A stretch of 64,000 nucleotides of DNA, from assembly GCA_045863855.1 (NCBI GenBank), contig BTVV01000002.1, positions 64,001-128,000 of the forward strand, given 5' to 3'. Source of the DNA: Planctomycetota bacterium (GTDB lineage Bacteria; Planctomycetota; SZUA-567; H5-PLA8). Below, one piece after another: positions 1 to 10,005 of this stretch. Position 1 is the first letter of the stretch. Every line of letters starts with the position of its first letter. The position numbers and the translations under genes were made by a program. A model generated the notes under the pieces. That model saw nothing but the letters and a program-made list of their open reading frames with translations. It made no database searches and was not told the origin of the DNA.

Positions 1-30
1 TACCAGCGGCAGTTGGATCAGTTGGCCTGA
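1..30 (+). CDS. 3' end of an upstream gene (partial, ...YQRQLDQLA*)
   Basis: Frame 1 is open to TGA at 28-30 and is followed by a terminator; too short to identify. Confidence 0.4.
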   Translation, partial: YQRQLDQLA

Positions 31-58
31 AGTCCGAAAGCCAGCAGACAGTCTTTAC

Positions 59-93
59 GGGCCGTGCATTTCGATGCGCGGCCCTTTTTATTT
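59..93 (+). terminator. Rho-independent terminator
   Basis: GGGCCGTGCAT-TTCG-ATGCGCGGCCC is an 11-bp stem (one G:U) with a UUCG loop, followed by TTTTTATTT; it lies between convergent genes. Confidence 0.85.
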
Positions 94-564
94 GCGCTTC
101 CGCGCCAGCGGCTTGGCCAGGACCAGGTCGGCGGTCGTATAGCCCAGCTTCTCGTACAGGGCCCGCGCCGCCGCGTTATGCCCGAAGACATGCAGCCGCA
201 CCTCCCGGCATCCCAGCGCTTGGGCGCGGCGCTCGAAGAGCCGCATCGCCTGCGTACCCAAGCCCCGGCCGCGGAAGGGCGCGAGGATGTAGATCTGGCA
301 TAGGAAGAGGCTGCGCTTGCCCTGCTTCGCGTACCACAGGTAGCCGACGGTGCGGGCGCCTTCGCGAAGCGTATCGAAGTAATGCCCGTGCGTGCGGGAG
401 GCATGGGGCAGCATGGTTTGGAGCTGCGTACGGGCGTTGCGGCGGGCTGTCTTGAGAGGCAGGGCATCGGCTCGCGCACGGTCGCGCGGGTAGTCGCGCA
501 TGATCATCCGCATAAGCGTGCGGTATTCGCCGGGGGTGCAGGGCGTGCGGCGCATGGAGGCCAT
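88..564 (-). CDS. GNAT family N-acetyltransferase
   Basis: Motif A 'PFRGRGLGTQAM', 'LHVFGHNAAARALYEKLGY', 'VGYLWY'. Confidence 0.9.
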   Translation of the reverse strand: MASMRRTPCTPGEYRTLMRMIMRDYPRDRARADALPLKTARRNARTQLQTMLPHASRTHGHYFDTLREGARTVGYLWYAKQGKRSLFLCQIYILAPFRGRGLGTQAMRLFERRAQALGCREVRLHVFGHNAAARALYEKLGYTTADLVLAKPLARKRK

Positions 565-581
565 CCCTGCGGGCGGTCGCG

Positions 582-3437
582 CTATTCTTCCTGGTCGCCG
601 AGGCCGGCCTTTTTGAGCAGATCGCCCAGCGTCGATCCGCCGCCGTCCTGGCTGCGCAGTCGCTGGCGGACTTCGTCGCGCGAAGCCTCGTCGCCGCGGC
701 GCGGGCCGTCCTTGCGCATCTTGCGCGGGTCCTTCTTACCCTTGCCGGCCTTGTCGAAGAACTTGGCGAACTCGGGCTTGATGGCCGGCTTCTCGTCGGG
801 CTTGGCGCGCTTGGGCCGGCCGTCGCGTCCTCCGGGGCCGCCTGGGCCTCCCGGTCCGCTTCTGCCCGCCGGAGCGCCGCGGCGTTCGCCGCGTCCGCCC
901 TCGCGCGAGGGACCGCCGGCCGGTGCGCCGGGACCGCCGGCCGCGGGTGCTCCGGTTGCCGCCGGCGCGCCTTCGCGCGGCTTGCGCGGACCCCGGGGCC
1001 CGCGCGGACGCGCGCTGCGCTCGCCGCGCCCGCCCGCCGCGGCTTCCGCCGACTCCAGCGCCTTGATCGAGAGGCTGATACGCTTCTTGCCCGTATCGAT
1101 GCCGATCACCTTCACGCGCACGGCTTGACCGACGGTCAAGAGCGCCGCCGGATCGCGCACGTATCGGTGCGAGAGTTCGCTGATGTGGACCAGCCCGTCC
1201 TGATGCACGCCCAGATCGACGAAAGCGCCGAACGCCGTCAGGTTCGTCACGACGCCGTTGAGAACCATTTCGGGCTTCAGGTCGGCGACGTCCTGCACGC
1301 CTTCGTTGCCTTCGGGTAGCGCGAACGTCCCGCGCGGATCGCGGCCGGGGTGGCGCAGTTCCCAGAAGATATCCTTCAACGTGTGCTCGCTGACTTCGGG
1401 CGAGCGGAACTCCTCGAGGCGCAGCTTGTTGACGTGCTCGGCGTTCCCGGCCAGGTCCGCGGCCGCGACCCCCGCCTTCTGCGCCATCGCTTCGACCAGC
1501 TCGTAGCGCTCGGGATGAATGGCCGTGTTGTCCAGCGGATTCTCGCCGCCTTTGATGCGCAGGAAGCCGACGGCTTGCGTGTAGGCGCGCTCGCCCAGCC
1601 CTTCGACGTCTTTCAGCGTGACGCGGCGCTTGAAGCCGCCCAGCACTTCGCGCGCGGCGACGATCTTCGCGGCCTTCTCGGCGTCAAGCCCGGACACGTG
1701 GGCGAGCAGTTCGACGCTGGCTTTGTTCAAGTCCACGCCGACGCGATTCACGCAACTGTCGACTACCTCAACGAGCTTGTGCTTCAGGAACTCCCCGCCC
1801 AGATCGTGCTGGTATTGGCCGACGCCGATGAAGCGGGGGTTGAGTTTCACCAATTCGGCCAGCGGATCCTGCAGGCGCCGGCCGATGGAGACCGCGGCGC
1901 GCGCGGCCAGTTCCAGCTTCGGAAACTCTTGCTTCGCTTCTTTCGAGGAGCTGAACGCGGCGGCGCCGGCCTCGTTGACCAGCACGCGTCCGACGCGGCG
2001 CGGCAGCTCGCCCGAGATCAGCACTTCGCGCACGAAGGCGTCAGCCGCCCGGCCGCTGCTGCCGTTCCCGATGGCGATCACTTCCACCGTATGCTCGGTG
2101 AGCATGCGAATCAGGGTCGCGCGCGCTTTGATGCGCGGGTCTTCCACGGGTGTGGCGATTTCGGCCTTCGGCGCGGATTCGGCGGCCGTGGGCGTCTCGG
2201 AGGACGCCGGAGCCGTTTCGAGCTCGGCGGCTGGCGCGGGAGCCCCTTCTAAAGGTGCGGGCGCTTCGGCGGGAACCGCGGCGCTGCCCGTTTCGGCCGG
2301 CGCGGCGGTTTCCGCTTGGGCGGTTTCGGCGATCGGCTTCGATTCGGTCTTCTTCTTCGGCTTGGGCTGCGGCTGTTCGCGGCGCAGGTACACCTTTTCC
2401 TGCGTGACGACGGCGCCGGCTTCGTCGAGGAGCACCAGATGGACGGCTCCGGCCCGCGCGGGGCCCACCGCCAGCACGCGGCGGTTCCCGAAGGGAGCCT
2501 GGAGCAGCAGCGCGCGAAGGTTGCGCCCGAAGAGCTCCGCCGCGGCCTGTTCGGCGCGCTGGCGCAGCTCGCGGCGCAGTTCTTTTTCCAAGGCCGGCAG
2601 GAGAATCCGGTCGAGACACGTGCGCAACGCTTCTTCCAGCGCCGGCGCGAAGATCGTCCCGGGCTTGAGTTCCAGCTTGGCCTGCACCAGCTCCTGGAGC
2701 TTCTCGCGGGGATACTCCAGCGCGACCTTGAGCTTCTTTTCGCTTTCGCCGCGCAGGACCGCCAACACGCGGTGCGAGGGCAGCTTGCCGACGGGTTCGC
2801 GGAACGCGGAGAAGTTCGCGTACTTGGTCTTGGCCAGATCGACGCCTTCACGCGGACCGGCGGCGAGGTGCGCTTCCTCGGCCAGGAGCTTGCGGGCGGC
2901 GCCGCGAATTTCGGGATCGTAGGCCAGCCGTTCGGCCACCAGGGCTTGGGCGCCGGCCACGGCCTGCGCGGTTTCCTTTACTTCCTTTTCGGCATTGAGA
3001 TACGGCGCGGCCAGCTCGTCGAGCGTGGCGGCCTGCGCTTCCTGCTTGAGGAAGATCTCGGCCAGCGGAACGAGGTTCTGATCGCGCGCGCGGTCCGCGG
3101 GATTCTTTTTGGTGCGCGGGCTGTAGGGGAGGTACAGGTCTTCCAGGGCCGGCCGGTTGGGCGCGGCGCTGATCTTCGTGCGCAGGTCGTCGGTCAGTTG
3201 CCCGCCGGCCTGCATCGAATTGAGAATCACCTGCCGGCGCGTCTCGAGTTCGGTGACGGCTTGGAAGCGGTCGGCGATGACCTGGACTTTGGTCTCGCTG
3301 AGGTTGCCGGTCTGCTCTTTACGGTAGCGCGCCACGAAGGGCACGGCGTAACCGTCCTTGAGCAGATCCAGCGTCCCGGAGACTTGCTCGGGCTGAATCT
3401 TCAAGTCCTGGGCCAGCGATTCAACAAGGGTGCTCAT
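582..3437 (-). CDS. tex: Tex family RNA-binding transcription accessory protein (YqgF, HhH and S1 domains) with a disordered insertion and tail
   Basis: 'VPFVARYRKEQTGNL', 'IAIGNG', 'AVSIGRRLQDPLAELVK', 'IGVGQYQHD', S1 'VTNLTAFGAFVDLGVHQDGLVHISELS'; start taken at ATG 3437 (MSTLVE). Confidence 0.95.
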   Translation of the reverse strand: MSTLVESLAQDLKIQPEQVSGTLDLLKDGYAVPFVARYRKEQTGNLSETKVQVIADRFQAVTELETRRQVILNSMQAGGQLTDDLRTKISAAPNRPALEDLYLPYSPRTKKNPADRARDQNLVPLAEIFLKQEAQAATLDELAAPYLNAEKEVKETAQAVAGAQALVAERLAYDPEIRGAARKLLAEEAHLAAGPREGVDLAKTKYANFSAFREPVGKLPSHRVLAVLRGESEKKLKVALEYPREKLQELVQAKLELKPGTIFAPALEEALRTCLDRILLPALEKELRRELRQRAEQAAAELFGRNLRALLLQAPFGNRRVLAVGPARAGAVHLVLLDEAGAVVTQEKVYLRREQPQPKPKKKTESKPIAETAQAETAAPAETGSAAVPAEAPAPLEGAPAPAAELETAPASSETPTAAESAPKAEIATPVEDPRIKARATLIRMLTEHTVEVIAIGNGSSGRAADAFVREVLISGELPRRVGRVLVNEAGAAAFSSSKEAKQEFPKLELAARAAVSIGRRLQDPLAELVKLNPRFIGVGQYQHDLGGEFLKHKLVEVVDSCVNRVGVDLNKASVELLAHVSGLDAEKAAKIVAAREVLGGFKRRVTLKDVEGLGERAYTQAVGFLRIKGGENPLDNTAIHPERYELVEAMAQKAGVAAADLAGNAEHVNKLRLEEFRSPEVSEHTLKDIFWELRHPGRDPRGTFALPEGNEGVQDVADLKPEMVLNGVVTNLTAFGAFVDLGVHQDGLVHISELSHRYVRDPAALLTVGQAVRVKVIGIDTGKKRISLSIKALESAEAAAGGRGERSARPRGPRGPRKPREGAPAATGAPAAGGPGAPAGGPSREGGRGERRGAPAGRSGPGGPGGPGGRDGRPKRAKPDEKPAIKPEFAKFFDKAGKGKKDPRKMRKDGPRRGDEASRDEVRQRLRSQDGGGSTLGDLLKKAGLGDQEE

Positions 3438-3640
3438 GTTGGCAACCTGCACGTTAGGGGGTGTCGTGTAGCAGCGTGCGGGTACTGTACCCAACGAGAG
3501 CGGGTTGAACAGCACACAATCTGAGGACGGGACGGCATTATAGCCGCTTCACCGGCGGCATCTTCCCTTTGATCGCATGGTTGATCGATCACTACGGAGT
3601 ATCGTCAATTAAATGAAATGAACCCGGAACGGTATTCTCC

Positions 3641-4546
3641 TCACCCCTCCAGCTTGAAGCCCTGACGCTTTGCCAAGGCGCGCAGCCAGTCGGCGCATTC
3701 GGCGTAGCGCTGGCCGAGGTTTTCCAAACTGCCCAGGTCGATGCCCACGGGGCCGTCGTAGCCTTGGCGGGCCAGTTCCGCGAAGAGCGCCTCGAAATCC
3801 ACGGTGCCTTGGCCGGGCGGGAGATGGCGATTGTCGGTCCCGTCGTTGTCCGCCACGTGCAGGCCCGCGATGCGGCCTTCGAGCTTGCGCGCCGAAAGCG
3901 GGAGGAGTTCTTTCTGCGCCTGCAGGTGTGCGCAGTCGAAATTGGCTTTGAAGTTCGGCCGGCCGACGTGATCCATCAGGCGCAGCATCGAATCGGTCCC
4001 GCTGATCATTTCGCCCACGCGCGGCTCGATGATCAGGTCCAGCCCGGCGTCGGCGGCCAGATCGGCGCACCGCCGCACACTCTCGGCCAGCGCGTCCCAT
4101 TGCCGCGCCCACGAAAAGCCCTCGGGTACGCGGATCCGGTATTCCTCTTTGAACTTGATCGCGCCGACGTAAGGCTGGGCGCCCAGGAACTCGACCGGCG
4201 GGGTGAAGCTGGCGATGTGGACCGTCCGCGCGCCCAGGTACGCCGCCGTCTCGACGCCCAGGCGGAAGATGCCGTATGCGGCTTCGCGTTCCTCGGGGTT
4301 CTGGCTGACCAGCGGCCGCAGGACCGGGCAGAAGTTCACGCATTGCATCTCGCGGCGCGCGAGGGCCTCCTTGAAGCGTTCGCGCGCGCCGTGCATGGCG
4401 CGGATGTGGTCTTCGCCGACGCCCTCCAGCTCGATGTAGCGAAAGCCGAGCGCCTTCAGTTCGTCCACGGCCTTCAGGCCGTCGTCGAGCGTGGGCGGAT
4501 AGCCGTAGCGGTCGATCGTGTAGAGGTAGCAGGCGGTCAGCAGCAT
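3641..4546 (-). CDS. Sugar phosphate isomerase/epimerase (xylose isomerase-like TIM barrel)
   Basis: 'LIIEP', 'NFDCAH', 'LHVADNDG..NRHLPPGQGTVDF...GYDG' metal-ligand pattern; GGAG RBS upstream. Confidence 0.9.
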   Translation of the reverse strand: MLLTACYLYTIDRYGYPPTLDDGLKAVDELKALGFRYIELEGVGEDHIRAMHGARERFKEALARREMQCVNFCPVLRPLVSQNPEEREAAYGIFRLGVETAAYLGARTVHIASFTPPVEFLGAQPYVGAIKFKEEYRIRVPEGFSWARQWDALAESVRRCADLAADAGLDLIIEPRVGEMISGTDSMLRLMDHVGRPNFKANFDCAHLQAQKELLPLSARKLEGRIAGLHVADNDGTDNRHLPPGQGTVDFEALFAELARQGYDGPVGIDLGSLENLGQRYAECADWLRALAKRQGFKLEG

Positions 4547-4593
4547 GGTTGGGCTCCTTGGAGTTGGGCGCGTCGGTCTTGCGCCTGCTTAGC

Positions 4594-4634
4594 GTGCGTC
4601 CCAAAACGTCTCGCGTCCCGGCTTTAGGACGCAC
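4594..4634. promoter_or_regulatory. Candidate operator (inverted repeat) between the divergent epimerase and AraC genes
   Basis: GTGCGTCCCAAA-N17-TTTAGGACGCAC, 11 of 12 positions complementary. Confidence 0.4.
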
Positions 4635-4690
4635 TCTTACCTATACCCGCTCCGCTATATGCCGATCCGATGATTGACTAGGCCGTTTCG

Positions 4691-5563
4691 ATGCTTCAAG
4701 ATGCGCCCATGGCGGACTTCGAGATCGCGCGCCTGGTCGTCGCGCTGTACCAGGAGAAAGGGCACCGCTACCGCTTCCGCGGCGAACGCCACGCGGGACT
4801 GTGGGAGTTGTTCTGCCTCGACCGCGGCCGCGCGTTCGTGCGCGTCGGCACGCAGCGTTTCCAGGCGCGCCCCGGCGATGCCTTTCTGTATCCGCCCGGC
4901 GCGTTCCACCAGCATCAGGCCACGCGCGGGCAGGCGCCGCATTACTTCACGGTCGCGTTCACGGCGCGGCACGCGGGAATCCTGAAGTGCCTGTGCGGGC
5001 GGGCGTGGAATCTGCCGGGGCCGCTGCGCGCGCCGTTGGCGCGGTTGGTGGCCGAGGAACCTCAACGGCTGGCTGCCGGGACGCTGCGCCGCGCGCTGCT
5101 GGCGCAGTTCCTCGCCGAATGGCTGCGTCTGGCGGAGGGCGCCGCGCCGCCGCGCGCCGAAACCTCGGCGCCGCGCGTGACGTATCACGAGAACGCCGCT
5201 CAGGCCGCGGTCGCCCGCGCACTGGGGTATATCGACGCCCACCCGGACGAAGCCGTGAGCCTGGAAGCCGCGGCGCGCGCGGCGGGCGTCTCGCCGCCGT
5301 ACTTAAGGCAGCTTGCGCGGGCCGAACTGGGGCACAGCTTGCGCGAAGAAGCCAAACGCCGCCGCGTCGCGCGCGCCAAGCACTTGCTCAGCCACGGCAC
5401 GGGCAACGTGAAGGAAGTGGCCGCGGCCGTGGGCTACGAGGACGTGAGCGCCTTTACGCGCGCATTTCGGCGAGTGGAAGGTCTGGCGCCGCGCGCATAC
5501 GCGCGAACGATCGCCGCGCGCGGGCCGACGCCGCTGCCCGAGTGGTTCAAGAAGCGGCGTTGA
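4691..5563 (+). CDS. AraC family transcriptional regulator (cupin + HTH_18)
   Basis: N-terminal cupin 'ERH..WEL..PGDAFLYPPGAFH'; C-terminal 'VKEVAAAVGYEDVSAFTRAFRRVEGLAPRAY'; start may be ATG 4709. Confidence 0.93.
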   Translation: MLQDAPMADFEIARLVVALYQEKGHRYRFRGERHAGLWELFCLDRGRAFVRVGTQRFQARPGDAFLYPPGAFHQHQATRGQAPHYFTVAFTARHAGILKCLCGRAWNLPGPLRAPLARLVAEEPQRLAAGTLRRALLAQFLAEWLRLAEGAAPPRAETSAPRVTYHENAAQAAVARALGYIDAHPDEAVSLEAAARAAGVSPPYLRQLARAELGHSLREEAKRRRVARAKHLLSHGTGNVKEVAAAVGYEDVSAFTRAFRRVEGLAPRAYARTIAARGPTPLPEWFKKRR

Positions 5564-5578
5564 ACAGGGGCTCCCCGC

Positions 5579-7717
5579 TTAGCCCATCCGGATCGCGTAG
5601 CCGTGCTTGTGGCCCAGCCAGAGCGCGATGAGCGTCCAGAAGACCGCGGCCAGCGCTTCGCCGATGACGAGCCCGATGAAGAAGCGGCGCGACTCGTTAT
5701 AGAGTTTCATCCCGCCGAACTTCGAGACGAGCCATTTGAAGAGCCAGCCCAGGAAGAAGGCGAACCAGAGCCGGTCGATGGTCCCGGCCATCCAGAGCAC
5801 GTATCCGGAAGGGTGCGGCCACCAGAACAGGAAGCGCCGCGCGGCCACGAACCCCGCCAGCACCGTCGCGCCCACGGCCATCCAGGCCAGCTTGTTCCAA
5901 TCGCGCTGCGCTTCTTTGGGCCGCTCGGAAAGGGGGATCTGCTTGCCCTGCGCCGACGCCTCGGCTTCTTTCTTGGCGTAGCTGTCGACCTTGGCCGAGA
6001 TGCGCCCGATCCGTTCGGCTTCGTCGCGTGGATACGGGTTGAAGAACCAGCCGAACCCGTTCACGCCGCCTTGGGTGTACGCGATGGTCAGGAACGTCCC
6101 GAAACTCAAAGCCAGCATCAACGCCACGGCCGCGGCCATGCCGCCCAGCGCGTGCGTCCCGCGCAATCCGGCGGTGCGCGCGAGATGCAAGCAGTTCATG
6201 ATGTGCGGCAGCGGCACGATGCGGTACCAGTCGGCGCTGAACATGCGGTCCCAGATCGTGAGCATCACGGTGTTCTTGGCGCCCATGACCGTCGGCGGAA
6301 CCGCCGCATGCAGGATCTGCACCGGAAAGTTGGCGAACTGCATCGAGAAGACGCCGGCCTCCGCGACCAGCCGCGCCAGACCGGTCATGACCAGGATAAA
6401 GAGCATCACGATCGCCACGCCGTAGTACCACGTCACCCCGGCCCACGAGAGCCACGTCACCGAACCGATCGCGCCCAGGGCGAAAATGCCCCAGAGCAGG
6501 CGCGGCGAGGGCTCTCCCGGCCGTTCTTCGTACGGTTCGCGGCCCAGCGCTTGCCGCAGCGTGCGGCCCAGTTCGCTGCGCGCCGCCCAGAAGCCCAGCA
6601 GCACCATGGCCAGCAGCGCTCCGGCGCCCTGCGCGTTGTACGATTCGTTCAGCACCGCGCCGCCGTGCGTCGTCATCAGCGCGAGGTTGCAGAGTTTCTG
6701 TACGACGTAGAAGAACCAGAGGCTGAAAGCGACTTCCAGCGAGAGCAGGTAGGTCAGCCCCACGATGGACGGGAAAAAGTGAAAGTGGATCGAGCCCAGG
6801 TTGTTCCACGGCGGCTCGGTCAGGTACTTGGTGTTCCAGTTCCAGTTTTCCAGGGGGAAGGTCGGCACGTTGGGATAGTAGGAGTTCAACGCGTTGACGC
6901 TGTGAACCAGGAACGTAGTCAGGATGCCCAAACGCGCCAGCCCATGCGAGAGGAACGGCTGCGATTTGCCGCTGGGATCGCCGACGCCCGCGAGCATCTC
7001 CTCGGGCACCTGAGCCATGGGAAAGGGCAGGCGTTCCTGCTCCGACCAGCGTTTGTGCAGCAGCGCCGCGATCGAGAACCACAACCCGTACATGCACGCG
7101 ACCACGATGCTCCAGCGCCAGTACGGACCCCACCACGCCGCCCATGGCACCGACTGCCCCTGTGGCAACCCCGTATAGAACCATTCCACCGGCCGCGGTT
7201 CCGGTGAGCTGGGGTCGAGCGGATCGCTGGGGAAGAATCCGGGACTTAAAAACGGGTGAACCAGTTCGGTCAGATTGTTCTCAGGCCTCGCGTGGAAAAT
7301 CGGACCGGTCACGCCGGTGCTGAAGAAGGCCCAGAAGCCCACTCCCGGCACCGCGTAGACGACGTACGTCATCACGAAGACAAGGGTCAAGTCCTGCCGC
7401 GTCAGTCCCAAAGAGCGCCCGGCCATACGGACTGCGATGTTCAGGCCCACCACCAGGAGCAGCAGGTAGACCACCGGAAGCATCGGGAACGAGTTGAAGC
7501 TGAACCAGCTCGCCGCCAGCACGAAGTCGCTGTAGGGCACAAAGACGCTGAGGATCAAGATGCCGATAAGCGCCACGATCCAGCCGCGCCACGTCGGGGC
7601 TTCGGAGACGTGTGCCTGCAAGCCCTGCAATTGATCCAGGCGATCGCGCGCGATCTTGGGGCCTTCGCGCCACGGATGGTCGCTGGGATCGCTGGAAGGC
7701 TGTTCGGCTTCAGGCAT
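5579..7717 (-). CDS. Polytopic membrane protein, DUF6785/DUF6784-like (putative transporter), paralog 3
   Basis: About 16-18 hydrophobic segments; 'W..QERLPFP.AQ.P', 'PSIVGLTYLLSLEVAFSLWFFY', 'WWPHP.GY', 'GW..K....K.GG..LY...RRFF.G...GE'. Confidence 0.8.
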   Translation of the reverse strand: MPEAEQPSSDPSDHPWREGPKIARDRLDQLQGLQAHVSEAPTWRGWIVALIGILILSVFVPYSDFVLAASWFSFNSFPMLPVVYLLLLVVGLNIAVRMAGRSLGLTRQDLTLVFVMTYVVYAVPGVGFWAFFSTGVTGPIFHARPENNLTELVHPFLSPGFFPSDPLDPSSPEPRPVEWFYTGLPQGQSVPWAAWWGPYWRWSIVVACMYGLWFSIAALLHKRWSEQERLPFPMAQVPEEMLAGVGDPSGKSQPFLSHGLARLGILTTFLVHSVNALNSYYPNVPTFPLENWNWNTKYLTEPPWNNLGSIHFHFFPSIVGLTYLLSLEVAFSLWFFYVVQKLCNLALMTTHGGAVLNESYNAQGAGALLAMVLLGFWAARSELGRTLRQALGREPYEERPGEPSPRLLWGIFALGAIGSVTWLSWAGVTWYYGVAIVMLFILVMTGLARLVAEAGVFSMQFANFPVQILHAAVPPTVMGAKNTVMLTIWDRMFSADWYRIVPLPHIMNCLHLARTAGLRGTHALGGMAAAVALMLALSFGTFLTIAYTQGGVNGFGWFFNPYPRDEAERIGRISAKVDSYAKKEAEASAQGKQIPLSERPKEAQRDWNKLAWMAVGATVLAGFVAARRFLFWWPHPSGYVLWMAGTIDRLWFAFFLGWLFKWLVSKFGGMKLYNESRRFFIGLVIGEALAAVFWTLIALWLGHKHGYAIRMG

Positions 7718-7820
7718 AAGGTTACTTCGATAGCCTTCCCAAGCCTGTATCGCAAGCACAAGCCGCGAATTACGCGAGCCGACCGGCTCCCTTCGTGCGC
7801 CGAACCGAAGAAAGTACCGC

Positions 7821-9977
7821 TCAACTGATCCTGATCACGTGGCCTTCACGATGGTTTTTAAGGATGAAGATGAGGACCCAGAGAACCGCGGCCAGCGCCT
7901 CGCCGACCACCATGCCGATAAAGAAGCGACGTGCGGCGGAATAGATCCGCATCCCGCCGTATTTGCTGATCCCGAATTTGAACAACCAGCCCAGAAAGAA
8001 ACTGAACCAGAGCATGTCATGCGGAAACCACGCCATCCACATCACGTATCCTGCCGGATGCGGCCACCAGAAGATAAAGCGCCGCAGCACCGTGAAGCCC
8101 GCCATGACCAACCCGCCCACGCCGATCCAGGTGAGCTTAACCGTGTCGCTGCGCGCTTCCTTGGGAATCTCCTCCGGCGGGATGCTCTTCCCGCTTTGGG
8201 CCGCTTGAGCCTGCTTCTTCTCCCACGCCTCGACCTTCGAGGATACTTTCCCGATCGTCCCGAACTCGCTCTGCGGATAGCCGTTGAAGAACCAGCCGAA
8301 CGTATTGGCGCCGCCTTTTGTGTAGACCGTGTTAAGGAAGGTGAAAAAGCTCAGGCCAAAAGTGAGCATGATCGCGACACCCATGCCGCGGAAGACCGTC
8401 CGCTTGCGCAGTCCGGTCAGGCCCGAGAGATGCAAAGCGTTCAGGAGTCCCGGCAGCGGGACAATGCGGAACCAGTCGGCCGTGAAGATGCGGTCCCAGA
8501 CGAACAGCCGCACCACTTGGGCCTGCCCCAGAGCCGCGGGGGACGCGGCGAAGTTCAGCAGGTGGATCGGGAAGTCGTAGAATTGCGCGGCGAAGACGCC
8601 CGCTTCAGCGATCAACCGCGCCAGCCCGATCATCACCAGCACGAAGAGCAGCAGAATCGTAATAGCCCAGAACGGCCCCACGCCGAACCAATAGAGCCAG
8701 GCCACGGTTCCCGTGAAGCACATGACCAGTCCGGCCCAAAGCGACCTCGGGGAGAGGTCTCCTTCGTGCGCTTCGTAGCTTTCGCGTCCCAGCGCCTGGC
8801 GCAGCGTCTTGCCCAGTTCGCCGCGCGCCGCCCACAATCCGACCAGTACCAGCATCAAGAGCGCGCCGCTGCCCTGCCCCACGCGAGCGTCGGCCACCAA
8901 GCCTTGCCCGTACGCCGGCGCGAAGATCAAGTTGCTCAACTTCATCACGCCGTAAAAGAACCAGAGGCTGAAAGCGACTTCCAGCGAGAGGAGGAACGTC
9001 AGCCCCACGATGGACGGGAAGATGTGCATGTGCAGCGTGCCGATCTGGCTCCACGGCGGTTCGGTAAGGTATTTGCCGTTCAGTCCCGGGTTCATCAACG
9101 GGAGTTCGGGAATGTTCGGATAGAACGAACTCATCGAGTTCCAAGAATGGATCAGCAGCGTGATCCCGATGCCCCACAACGCGATGCGGTCTTTCAAAAA
9201 CGGTTTGTCCTCGGAGCCGGTTTGACCGTAGCCCGAGAACATCTCGAACGGTACCTGCGCCACCGGGAAGGGGAGCCGCTCCTGGTCGCTCCAGCGTTTA
9301 GAGAGCAGCCCCGCGATGCTGAACCAGAGCCCGTACATCAAGGCCACGACCACCAGCCAGCGCGCATACGGCCAAGCCCAGGCTTCCCAAGGCACCGACT
9401 GCCCCGGCGGGAGTCCGGTGTAGAACCATTCCACCGGGCGCGGTCCGGCGGCATCGGCGCTCGCGGGATCCTTCGGAAAGAAGCCGGCGGTCAGGAACGG
9501 CTGCACGGTTTCCACCCAGCCGTTTTCGGGCCGCGCGTGGAAATAGCCGCCCGTCATCCCGGTGCTCCAGAACGCCCAGAAACCCACGCCGGGAATCGTG
9601 TACGTCACCATCGTCATGCAGAAGACCAGCGTCAGGTCCTGCCGCGTCAGCCCCCAGTGCTTGCCCACCAGCAGCGTGGCGATCTGCGCCGTCAGCAGGA
9701 TGCCGAAGACAAGCGTCACCGAGAGCATCGGGAAGGCGTTGAACGAGAGGGGCGTGCCGCGCATCACGAAATCGGTATAGGGAATGACTGCGGCGATGCC
9801 GCCGGTGGCCAGCAGCCCCAGCATCCAGCCGCGCCAAGTCGCGCCTTCGGCCTTCACGCCGGCGCCGAGTTGGCGCTCCAGTTCGGTCAGGGCGATGCGC
9901 GGGCCCAAGCGAAAACGGCCGGCCGGTGCGGCGCCGCTGGAGGATTCGGGTTCGGAGTGTGGTTCGGGTTCGCTCAT
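7821..9977 (-). CDS. Polytopic membrane protein, DUF6785/DUF6784-like, paralog 2
   Basis: Colinear with 5579..7717 and shares all the same motifs. Confidence 0.8.
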   Translation of the reverse strand: MSEPEPHSEPESSSGAAPAGRFRLGPRIALTELERQLGAGVKAEGATWRGWMLGLLATGGIAAVIPYTDFVMRGTPLSFNAFPMLSVTLVFGILLTAQIATLLVGKHWGLTRQDLTLVFCMTMVTYTIPGVGFWAFWSTGMTGGYFHARPENGWVETVQPFLTAGFFPKDPASADAAGPRPVEWFYTGLPPGQSVPWEAWAWPYARWLVVVALMYGLWFSIAGLLSKRWSDQERLPFPVAQVPFEMFSGYGQTGSEDKPFLKDRIALWGIGITLLIHSWNSMSSFYPNIPELPLMNPGLNGKYLTEPPWSQIGTLHMHIFPSIVGLTFLLSLEVAFSLWFFYGVMKLSNLIFAPAYGQGLVADARVGQGSGALLMLVLVGLWAARGELGKTLRQALGRESYEAHEGDLSPRSLWAGLVMCFTGTVAWLYWFGVGPFWAITILLLFVLVMIGLARLIAEAGVFAAQFYDFPIHLLNFAASPAALGQAQVVRLFVWDRIFTADWFRIVPLPGLLNALHLSGLTGLRKRTVFRGMGVAIMLTFGLSFFTFLNTVYTKGGANTFGWFFNGYPQSEFGTIGKVSSKVEAWEKKQAQAAQSGKSIPPEEIPKEARSDTVKLTWIGVGGLVMAGFTVLRRFIFWWPHPAGYVMWMAWFPHDMLWFSFFLGWLFKFGISKYGGMRIYSAARRFFIGMVVGEALAAVLWVLIFILKNHREGHVIRIS

Positions 9978-10005
9978 CGTGCTCGAAAGTTATCAGGTCC
10001 AGGGT

